NCBI GenBank assembly: GCA_000934665.2
Contig: KZ538274.1
Span: 1 to 64,000 of the forward strand
Origin: Catajapyx aquilonaris
Lineage: Eukaryota
Length of the DNA: 64,000 bases
Reading direction: 5' to 3'
The notes below the pieces were generated by a model. That model saw only the letters and a list, made by a program, of their open reading frames with translations. It did no database searches and was not told the origin of the DNA. The translations under genes were made by a program, and so were the position numbers. Within the stretch, counting starts at the first letter, position 1. The number at the start of each line of letters is the position of its first letter. Below are positions 26,637-38,600 of this stretch, piece after piece.

Positions 26637-29600
26637 TCCAACACGATATTTGTCCATGGAAATGAATCACTATTTCCATGTTCCTTAGGTCACTCGTAAC
26701 TCATAATGACCACTCATTTTGCCTTGAATTTGTTTTTGACTTCGGGGCAGTCAAAAAACACAGTTCCTCGAAATATAGGAGTCATTTGAAATCAAGTGGG
26801 CCGAAATGTTCGGATTTTTGTGAAAATTATCACAGCTGTACACACGTCATAACTCTTCATATCAAGTTTCATCCATATTGTGCGATACAGCGAGGAGAAA
26901 GAAATTTGTGAAATTTTGAAAATGGCCGAAAATGAGGCATTTTTTTGGGGTCATATTTTCTGTTAGTGGAAGTGGTCAGACTCCAATGAAAGAGAAACAC
27001 CAGGATAATTTGCTTATGGAATTAGATTTCTTCGAAAATGTAACCATAAAAACGTTTGGGGCATTTCATTGGTCACATGTCCAAGAATTTGGGTCCTTGA
27101 AAATTAATGGTACATCTGCAAAATACACCTATTATTTTCTCACGAGCCGCACATGATAATAATAAATCTGGTATAGGTCACAACTCCTGTCCCTAAATAT
27201 GACCCCTGTTATTCAAATACGTCACTAATATGTCGGGATCCAAATACTTGGACATGGGACCAATGAAATGTCACACACGTTTTTCCGTTAATATTTTCGA
27301 GGAAAACAAATTCCATTGGCGCATTCTCCTAGTGTTTACCTTTCATTTTATACTATTACAGTATACGGTATGTTTATTGGGTTTTGACCAGTTCCACTAA
27401 CCGACAGAAATTAGCCAAAAAAAAGGCGTCATTTTCAAAGTGTTGCGCGTTTTTCCCTCCGTACGGTATTTCGAGATATGACATAAATTTTTTTCACCAA
27501 ATTCGGAGATGTCTACGTGAAGCCAGCCAATGTTACAGAGTGACTTTATTGCAATTATTGGGTATGCATTCGCATTATTCTGCATTGAATCCTTAACTCA
27601 TTCACACTCCTTTTGAGTACACCGTGTTACTTACCATCATAGCAAACTGTATAGTTCTGGCCTTAGAAGAGCACTTGCCGCATAATGATAAGACGAAACT
27701 GACGATAAATTTGGTAAGTAAACAATTACTGCCTGCCCAAAAGGATGCGAGTGAGACGATATTTCAAAATTTCTGTAATTTTCCCCAAGAAATTTGGGAT
27801 AATCATCAAATTATACTCATGATGATTGGCCAAGCTGAGCTCATACGCATCCTCATTTTTGGAGGTAAATACCACTTAATGGCCAATATTTTTCCGTAAA
27901 CAGGAGGAGACGGAGCCGTATTTTCTGGGCATCTTCTGTGTGGAGGCGTCCCTCAAGATTTTAGCCTTAGGTTTTGTACTGCATCGAGGGGCGTACCTCA
28001 GAAACATTTGGAACATGATGGACTTTGTGGTGGTGGTGACGGGGTGAGTGTCCTTTTGCTCTGTTTCAATCTGGAAGCCTTTTACCCCCGGATGTGCCGT
28101 CAAATATTTAGTTGCCAGTTGCCCGGGCCCTCTTTTCCTTCTCTTATTCATCAGGTAAAGGGGGCTCGTTTGTTTCTTCATGCTGTGCCTTACCTTTCAG
28201 CAGGGGGTTGAGGGGGAGAGGGGGGTTAGAGGGAAGAAAAGGGGATGTTTCCTTGTGATTACACGGTGGTTTTAATCTTACGAATGGGACACTGGGGATT
28301 ACTGAGATGATGATGGAAGGTGGCAGGTAGTTTCTGCCCAATTTGGAAGTAAAGTGTGGCTGGAATGGGATTGCACAGCCGGATTCAAAATTTTAGAAGG
28401 GGTGATTATCTATACTTGTTACAGGGGGAGTAGAGATTTAAATTGTGACGTAATGCTCAGTGCCCCATTTGTCAGGTTTGCACTTTTATTTTTGCGCTTT
28501 CTTACGAGGAAAATTGCTCGTTAGGTTATGTTGGAAGGCGAAAAGAAAATTTGAACAAAAAAAAATGTGACAGCGATAAAGTAAGGCAGTAATGCTTATC
28601 GAAGTAGAATAGCCTACGATATCATATTATTTATTATGCATTGTATTTATTTTAAAAACTTTTTTATGAATTGCTACTTACGAAACAGTAGGCGCTATAC
28701 AAACGCTTGGCACACTTAGATTTGTATTTTCAGATTTAGATGAAGGTTTATTTTTTTTAATTTTTTTAAACAATAAGTTTGAGGCCTAACGACCACTTCA
28801 TTTGCAGCTAACATTCGGCTGCAACGCTTCCTTTTTAAACATAATTTTTGATTCGTAGAACAGGCTTTTGAAGATATTGTTTGCTGAAGGAACTGTCAGT
28901 TTCATGCAGTAATCAGTAAGTTAGTGACAGCCTTCTCAAATTTGCATCATTACATTCAAATGTTCTGCCAAGATCTGTCATCCTTGTGGGGTTGGCCAAT
29001 AATGACTTTGATACTATCACTATTTTCTTCTGTCTACCAGTAACAGCCTGTCCAACTATGGGTTCGTCATTTGATAACATCGGTAGGACGTATAAGTACA
29101 GAGTACATTCATACCACACATTTGGAAAAACATAACGCCACGTGGAAGATAGATATTTAATTTGAATTAACGCTGCACATTTGAGAAGGTGTGTGAGCAT
29201 ATGCGTGCGTGTTGAGGCTTTTGTCGTGTATTCCCCTCACCCCAGTAAGACAATTTAAAAAAAAAAAAAAGCCCCCCCAAACAAACGTGTCCCTGTATCT
29301 TTGAAAAGCCCAGAGTCCCCCTGGCACCAACCCCCATCTCCAGGTCCATGCAGATCTTCGCCCAGTCCAACGTGGAGATGCTGGACCTTCGGATGCTGCG
29401 CTCCTTCCGTGTGCTCAGGCCTCTCAAACTCGTCTCAAGAGTGCCTAGTAAGGCCTTTTCCTGAACCACAGAATACGAATCCCAAAAGAGAGATGTCTAT
29501 CCCAATATTTGTCCTACCTAATCCTAGCTTACAACCCTCGTTATGTGGCTCTTTAGATCCTCCAATGTGTTCACAACCCATTCAGAATTTTTAGTCTTCC

Positions 29601-32600
29601 ATGTGATCATACATAGTACCTAGAGGGTTACCTGCGCCAGTATTAGTGGAGTGCGCCGGTGCCATACTTTTAACAGTTTTGTCCCCTGCGATTTTTTTAG
29701 ACTGTTGAAAAGCAGGCCTGCGTTCCAGATGCTGTAGTCGACCAGTCGACTAGGCGTTTAGAGCAGAAATTAGAAAATGAAGGCCTGATTCTCCTCCCAT
29801 TTTTAGACAATTTTTAAGTAACCACTTTTTGAACAATTTTATTGAGAGTTGTTACTCAAGATTGTTCCTTCTGAATGTTATTGACACTATTTGGATTGCA
29901 TTGTTTAATTACAAAATACTACTGACTGAAAACATATTTGGTGCAAAATTCACCTATGCCAGGGGAGGTGTTATGTTCCACTATGTTTATTAAGCTTGAA
30001 AGACCCACCCTTCCCCCTGGCGCAGGTACACCCATTAGTGTATATCACTGGAAGAAATGCCAACACACACACATACACACACGCAAAGATGTTCTTTAAA
30101 AAAAATAGAAGAGACAAAAAAAAGAGAGACCGACCTGAAAGAAGTAGGTCGGCAGTGGAGGAGGATTGGGCCTCGATCGGATGGCCTTACTAATCCTTTC
30201 TCTTTAGCGCTTCTTAGATGAGCAGACATAAAAATGGGCGTCGTCTCATAGAGTACTCATAGTGTTCCTAACTGTGCGCTTTTTTATTCCCCCTTAAAAA
30301 AAAGACTCTAGCCTCTAGAGGCGGCTTCACACACTTGTCTACGTTGGCACTAGTTTATAGAGATGTAGTAGTTTCATTACGAGTAGAAATAGATGTGGGA
30401 GCAACTTGTATTAGGTTTATCCATTTCCCATAATACCTTATTTCCTGATTGCGAAATTGGATTTACGGTGGTTTGAAGAAAAAAAAGTAGTAAGCTGAGT
30501 AAACACGGATTATAGTATCCATTTGCCTTTGGACAACTTTTTGTAGGCCAGACTAATTTGTTGGTTCGTGACAAATCCTCAAAGGAGATCACGATATGGT
30601 CGGAATGCAGTGACGTTTATAATCTGGGGGAAAAAAACTTTTGGCGGATCTGAACTTGTCAAAGTCAAAGCAGAGAAATGGAATAATTGTAAGCCAAATG
30701 AAAGGGGGCGGTCAAATTTTGGTCACATTGCAATTTCACAGTTTCCAATTAATTTGTTTGCATTAGGGGGCACTGGACAACAACAAATGGTCGCAGATAG
30801 CATGCAATCGGACAAAATTGAAAGGGAGTAATTACGGCCTGGCTATTTGCACGTACCCAACTAAATATACATAAGACCACATATTTTGCATATCAAAAGA
30901 TCTCATTTTCCTTCATATCCTGATGTTCCACGTGTTGTTCCCAAAAGGGTAGCCTTAGAGACAGAGCTAACCTACTAATACATATACAAAACTACAGCGA
31001 AACGATGTGTGTGTGTAGCAGCTACAAAAGAGGCTAAGAGCTTTTAAAAGCGTCCTCGGGTGGTGTTAGTAGTGTTTTTTAGTGTAGTCTAGCTAGTGAG
31101 TAGTAGTAGAAAAAAGTAGTGGGTAGAGAGCTGCCTGATGACGGCAGAGTGTGTTGCAGGTTTGTGGAGCTGATTGTGCCGGACGACATGGGAATGGACC
31201 TGCGCACGCTAAGGGCCATCCGCGTGCTTAGGCCCCTCAAACTCGTGTCAGGGGTCCCCAGTAAGTAGATTAGATTGACCTCAACCGACCTTCCGAGGCC
31301 GCACCTGTAGACTCCGCTGCTCTTCTACACCGCCATATTTCCTTCGTTTAGCTAGTCTCTTTTTCATTTTTTAAAAAAGTAGCTGATTTAGTTCCTTTTT
31401 GTGCCTTGGGGGGGTGTTATACTGCTTGTTCGGTACGCAATTAAAATTATTATAACATTAGCTGCGATACCCGGAGTTGCCCGGGAAGAAATGAATGACG
31501 GTTGGCGTTATACACGCGGGAGAAGGACCGCATCCAGATGGCATTGGTGGGCGGACAGAAAGACAGACAGAAAGACTCACAAACGTATTTATTTTTTATT
31601 ATTATTATATTTAAAAATTTTGGGCCAAATTTGGGCACATTGCGTACCGGACTAGTTTGCTTGGGGCTGTAAGTGACCTACATCTACTCCCGGAGTTTGC
31701 TTTTTCATCCACAAAACAGAGATTTGCGAAATTAGACGCATTGGGGAGGGGGTTTTAACAAAAATCCCTGCGGTCAATTTGCATTCCCACAAGAGCGAAG
31801 AGTTAATTGCTGGCGGCCCAATGGTAATGCAAAGTGGAGGCCAAATCCAAACTAGATTTCCAGCCAGGCCGCAAATATTGCTTATTGACTCTATAAATCG
31901 CTGGCAAATGTTGATCCATAATAAATGACCTTTCATGCTGGGGATTTGGTGGCAACTTAGCATTTTTTGGGGGAAGTAAACCATGTCCACAAGACAAATC
32001 CTGGAGCAGATGTGTGAACTTGGGTTGTAGGGACACACAAAAGGGGTGGGGGTGGGGTAGTTACTATGATATCCTGGCCGGGAAAACTACGCCTTGCAGG
32101 TTTGCAGGTGGTGCTCAAGTCCATCATCAAGGCCATGGCACCACTGCTGCAGATCGGGCTGTTGGTGTTATTTGCCATTGTCATCTTCGCCATCATCGGC
32201 CTCGAGTTTTATTCAGGGATGCTCCACAAGACCTGCTACGACATTGAGGATCTCGGTGAGTTACTTCAAACTGACACGGTAGCTACTTGTATAGGGCTTG
32301 ATCTCATTGTCCATGTGTGGTTTCAGAGGAGATAGTGACGGAGGGAGAGATGGCGACGCCGTGCCAATCGGACAATGCGTCCAATTCGCAAACCGGCAGC
32401 TACACATGCGATCCATCCAAGGCGATCTGTCTGGAGAAGTGGGATGGACCAAACTTCGGCATCACTTCTTTCGACAACATCGGCTTCGCTATGCTCACCG
32501 TCTTCCAGTGCATCACCATGGAAGGCTGGACCACTGTGCTCTATTGGGTGAGTGGCGTGAGAATATTGTATTTCTGACATTGGGTTCTGAGGTTCTGTTC

Positions 32601-35600
32601 CCATGAATAATTTGCGAAATGCAGTCCCACCAGTTACTTTGCTTCATAATGGCGATTTATTGTTGACAGACCAACGACGCCATGGGCAGCACCTATAACT
32701 GGATATACTTCGTGCCCCTCATCGTTCTCGGCTCCTTCTTCATGCTCAACTTGGTGCTTGGTGTGTTAAGTGGGTAAGTGAATTTCCCTTGGGCGTAGAT
32801 GACCCTGCCTGACCTCCGAGGCTTCATATCTTGATCCGATTGTCCCTTTCAGAGAGTTTGCCAAGGAGAGAGAGAGGGTGGAAAACAGGCAGGCTTTCCT
32901 CAAGCTAAGACGGCAGCAGCAGCTGGAACGAGAGCTCAATGGATATGTCGAGTGGATCTGCAAAGCAGGTCAGTTTCCTTTCAGTCAATCCTCTAACAAT
33001 GTTGACGGAGCAGTATTGAAGTGGTTCTGAAAGAAACGACATGTCTCATATCTTGAGACAGAAAACTGATCATCAAATATAAGTGAGGTTAACACATGTA
33101 ATTCAGAGTAATGCTGTGCTTTTGTTTTAATTTATTCTTGTTCATTCATTGCGAGTGGCCGTCAGGAGTGATTGATAACATAGGAACACGATAGAACCAT
33201 ATGCTTTCTTATTTCAGAGGAAGTTATCTTAGCAGAAGAAAGAACGACGGAAGAGGAAAAGATGCACATAATGGAAGGTAAGGACAATGGTACGATAAGT
33301 AACTGACACACAATTTTATCAATGGATCACTGTTTCAGTACAGCACTGGTTATGGTTGTTACTCTTGTTATATTTTATACATCCGCCTTGACGCCAAAAG
33401 GGTGTAGGACTTTTTTCGCGCGCAAAAGGTTATGATTTGTTTTGCCACTGCCATTGCCAGGTTTGTTAGGGGGGTGTGGGGGAAATCCGGTTCTTATTTT
33501 TCTTCTTTCGCTCCAACCTATTTTGTGTATCCTTGTTTCTCTATTAATTGTGTTTCATCAATGTTATATGGAATTCATGTCGGTTTAATGCCATGGAATT
33601 TATTCCTGGCATATTGGACGTTGTATTTTATGTGAACTTTCAGTTGGAATTATCCTAAGGAAAATGTCAGCCAAATTTATTTTTTGTTTCAAAATTCCGC
33701 CGCACATTTTAAAACTATATGTTTAGTGACCCATGGAGCTCAAAGGTAACCATCTTTATTGTGAAACATCATACATGTGTAAGAAGGATTGATTGTTTTC
33801 AATGTTATTATTTCATGGGCTTCATCTTCGGGAGTTTCTTTACTGACTTTAATGCCTGAGAACCCTCTATTAAATGTTGCACTACTCTAAATGTTATTTG
33901 TTACCCTTCTTGTTAACACCTGTCAGTTGTGGTTGATGGACTGATTGGTTGATTACTGGTGGTGTGGAAGTTATACTTACCAGTCTACTACTTTCTGACA
34001 TCTGATGTTTATTTGTGTTATACTGTATAATCAATTACAAAATCAACATTTACACTCTCAACGAACGATGATATTTATTTCAATATTTAATGCGCATTAT
34101 TTAACATACAAATCAATACTGTGTATCTCATGGATTGATTCCATGGGAATCACTTTCATGAGGTATGAAATTACAGAACACCCTCATTTGTGTAAATGCA
34201 TTTTGTTAGAATATACAGTATGTAACTGTGTAGTTAGCACTCTAGGAAGGCCCTGCAATGGAAGCTGTGACCATTGCACATATGCAGTCAACAATTGCAA
34301 AATGAGTGATGAGTTTGAATTCCTCCGAAAGAATGCAATAAGGTGAAGTGGGGCATCTCGGAATTTAACCAGATTTTTGTACTTGCAATGGTCACTGGGG
34401 GAAAAGTATTGGGTTTAAATACACATTTAACGTGTGGCAATTAAGCACTTTTCATCATGTACACATGCATTTATAAAACACTGTTTATGTAGTACATGCT
34501 GATAGTTTTTCATGTTGAAAATCCAAATTCCCACGTAATTTCGAATTAATGGTCATTGTGATTTGTGATACATACTATGGTAGTAAAAAGTTTAACCGCC
34601 GCATTATTTCCACCCAACTACGATACTATCAGAATTAAATATTTTCATATGTCGAATTGATGGTTGGCAGTTTTTGAAAAACTGAGACATCCATGCCTTT
34701 CGGATTCCCCACTTCAACTTATCTTTCTTGGTATACAGTAATTCAAAATCACACACTCACTCTGCAGTTGCGATATTGTGTACATTTGTAGTAGTTGGAG
34801 CTGTCCTGTGGCCTACCCTGGAATGCGTGTGACAACATTGTGTGTATAGAGTAGAGGTGTGTTTCCTAATGCAATCCCTTTCTTCCCTTCCTGTCTTCAG
34901 CTCGCAGGCGGGCAGCGGCAAAGCGGAAAAAGTTAAAAAACATGGGGAAGAGTAAAAGTACAGACACAGAGGAGGAGGATAACGAGGAAGAAGCAGATGG
35001 TAAGGGTGCCGCTTGACCATCGAATTTTGTTCTATTAGGGGGAAACATCCTTTACAACTCAACTTTTCTAGTGTCTAGATAGATAGATAGATGTCCTACA
35101 CTCTATAATTTCAAAGAGCTACTCACAATCAAAAGAGACAGACAGAGAAAGACACAATTTTTCGTCATCTGCCCGCATCTTGACTGAGAATCTTTTCTTT
35201 CAGAGCCTAAGAAAAAGCAGAAAGGTACGGGTAGTCGGCAAAAAGTGAGCTTTGGTTCCACCCCACCCTCTGTTTTTATTATTTTGTTGATTTTTCGGTG
35301 GAAAGTGTAGGGTTAGTTGGAGCATTTATATTCAATCCTAGTCGTTCCTGCCCATGCAACCCTAGTATTAATGGACCCAACGATATATCCTATCTCAACT
35401 CTACATATCTAAATAGTCTAAAGATGGATTCATTGCATTTAAACCTCATTTTTAAGGAATTTGTAATAATGACTTTTTTTTTATAATATAAAAGTTTTTA
35501 AATATCTGGACAGTTAGCAAATTATGTCTGCTGATGTAAGTGAATAATTTGCGAAAGTTTGTGGATAGGTTGTAAATATGGGGACATGTTCATTTTACCA

Positions 35601-38600
35601 CCCCATTTCATTGCATTCATAAGCCTTGCATGTGCATATCAGGACGTCATTACACCAGCTACGAATAAAGAGATATGTAATTTCATTGTAACAAGCAAAA
35701 TGAACTCTTTGATAACAATGAAATTATAAATAAGTAGGTACAAATGGCTTACAAAAGTTGAAATGTAATTTAAAGTTACATACTATATATCTGAGCATAA
35801 ATTATACCTCCTTTGCTCTCCCTAACAATTCCATTAGTATGGTAGGTCCCACCCATACCTCATTAGGCTTTTTGCAGTTGCTAGAATGTGATTAGAAGAG
35901 CAGAGAAGCTCTCCAATGGAAGAAATTAGAGTGAGCCCTGCAGGGCCTACATGCAAACTGGGCCTGTGGTGGTCGCGCATAGTGGAAGTAATAGTTCATC
36001 CCAACCATGTACTGTACACTATATTATATTGTTTTACAAATGCCTTTTGTGCTCCCCCCTCCTCCCAACTCGGGCACGAGTAGGGGTCAGGAGGGGGATT
36101 GTCTCCCAATAATTTGCGCTTCATTACCTGTACTGCTGCCACTCAATTGCCTCACCAGTGTGTAGGTTCAAACCCAGATCAACTCACAATGACCACTTCT
36201 TACATCCTTGTTACATGTAATATTTAATCTTTGTAAGTGTTACCGACAAATGAAGAGTTGACAAAGTTGAAACCTACCACTTGGAGGCTGTTTTCAGAGA
36301 GCTAAGTGGATATACCTGTGTTGTATACTCTAGGGTTGTTCGCTGCGACTCCAGTGTAGGCACAGAGTGATGGATTGAGTAGCAAAGGACAATGGGGAAA
36401 AAAATGCCAAATCACCTGGATCTCCTTCAACCATTGTAATCTTTAGAACAATAATAAGCTGGGACAGACTGAGCTCAAGTGCCTTACTATTACAGGCATG
36501 GCCCCCAATCATTTTTTGTAGTCAGTGTGTGTAGGAAGAAAAGCTTTGATAGCCCCACCAGAAAATGAAAACCCCAATTATCGCTTCAAAACATGACTTG
36601 CCTCATCTTCACAATGTTTCTTCCGCCTTCTTCTAGGGTTCTCACGTGCTTCCTACTTAAAGGCCAAAGTCCAGAACAAAGGGGCGTGCAAAGAGTTTTG
36701 GAGACAAGAAAAAAGGTTTAGGTGAGTAGTGATACTTATGTAGCTGTTGCAGGATACTCTGTGAAATTTTTGTTACCAAGCTTATAGCATTATTTGCAGT
36801 GCTGAAGGTTCAGAAAAATGTGCTTGCTTAAATAGCGACAAAAGTATGGTTGCTTGATACAAATAATTTACTGTTATTATTTTGCAGGTTCTGGATTCGT
36901 CACACAGTGAAACAACAGTGGTTCTACTGGTTTGTTATAGTTCTTGTGTTTTTTAACACTATGTGTGTGGCTGTGGAACACTACGACCAGCCAAAGTTTC
37001 TCAGCGCATTTCTCTGTAAGTATATTGGTGCACACAGTCATGTTTGTAGAATAATCATTGGCTTAAAAATGTCCATTTTATCCTGAACAGATTATGCAGA
37101 GTTTTCATTTCTGGGCCTATTTATGTTTGAAATGGCGATCAAGGTGTATGCCCTTGGTCCGCGCATTTATTTCGAGTCGTCGTTCAATCGCTTCGACTGT
37201 GTTGTCATCTGTGCCTCACTTTTTGAGGTCATCTGGTCAGAGCTGAAGGGCGGCTCATTTGGCCTTTCTGTGCTCCGTGCCTTGAGGCTGCTCAGGATCT
37301 TCAAGGTCACCAAGTAAGTCGCCCCTGAATTTTATGGACAAACTAAATTTTTAAAAAAGGCAAGTATCTCGTAATTAACATGATTTTTTGTACAGGTACT
37401 GGTCATCATTACGTAACCTGGTGATCTCATTGTTGAGCTCCATGCGCTCCATCATCTCTCTGTTGTTCTTGCTCTTCCTGTTCATCCTTATATTCGCCTT
37501 GCTGGGCATGCAGCTCTTCGGAGGCGCCTTCAACTTTCCTGAGGAGACGCCCCTCACCAACTTTGACACTTTTCCCATCGCTCTGCTCACTGTCTTCCAG
37601 GTTTGACTCTAGACATGTCACTCAGTTTTTAATGTGATGCTAATTCCCACTTCTTCTACTTAGATTCTGACAGGAGAGGACTGGAATGAGGTGATGTATC
37701 AGGGCATCAAATCACAGGGCGATTCTGGTACTGGAATGATCTACTCGCTGTACTTCATTATCCTGGTGCTCTTTGGTAACTACACTCTGCTCAATGTATT
37801 CTTGGCCATCGCTGTGGACAACTTAGCCAATGCCCAGGAGCTCACTGCTGCTGAAGAGGAGCAAGAGGAAGAAGACAGAGAGGTCAGTTTCTTGCATTAC
37901 TTCTTCCTATTGGCATTCAATTATTGTTCAAGTTGAGTTAGGCCAATCAGGCCAATCAGTCTGTAATGTACCTTTAATATTTGTACCGTGCTAATTTGAT
38001 TTTTTTCAGAAACAACAACAAGAGCTTGAAAAGGAGATTGAAGTACTTCAAATGGGAAACACTGAGGGGCCACCAAAAGTGGAGATATTTCCACCATCTC
38101 CACATGCCGGAAATGACAAAAGCAAATTTAACTAGTAAGTGCTACGCTGTCTTCCTGGCAAATACTGATGTCTAATTAATGCATTTTCAGCAAAGGGGAT
38201 GGAAAGGGTAATGTAGACGGGGAGTTAGGCAAGAAAGATGATGATGATGAGCTGACAGGACCTCGTCCAATGTTGCCATATTCATCTATGTTTGTCTTGT
38301 CACCAACCAATCCGTAAGTGTTGGAGTATTGGCACAGAGAATAGATACTGTCATATTTTATGTTGCAGGATCAGGAGAGCAGCCCATTGGGTGGTAAACC
38401 TGCGGTACTTTGACTTTTTTATCATGGTAGTCATCAGCCTCAGTAGCATTGCACTCGCAGCTGAGGATCCTGTGGAAGAGAGTTCAGATCGCAACAAGGT
38501 TCTCAACTACTTTGACTACGCTTTCACTGGAGTCTTCACTGTTGAGATGGTGCTCAAGGTGAGAGCGGAACGAGTTATTACTAGAATTATTTTTTAAGAA

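Larger units (their letters stand above)
24731..27607 (+). other. U12-type (minor spliceosome) AT-AC intron
   Basis: 5' ATATCCTTT, branch TCCTTAAC at 27590-27597, terminal AC at 27606-27607; removal restores IIEWP|PFEY. Confidence 0.95.

Noticed and set aside
31054..31330. Complementary words on both sides of IS4 variant 2 suggesting exon loop-out
   Set aside because: The matches occur in parallel rather than nested order, so they cannot form one helix.
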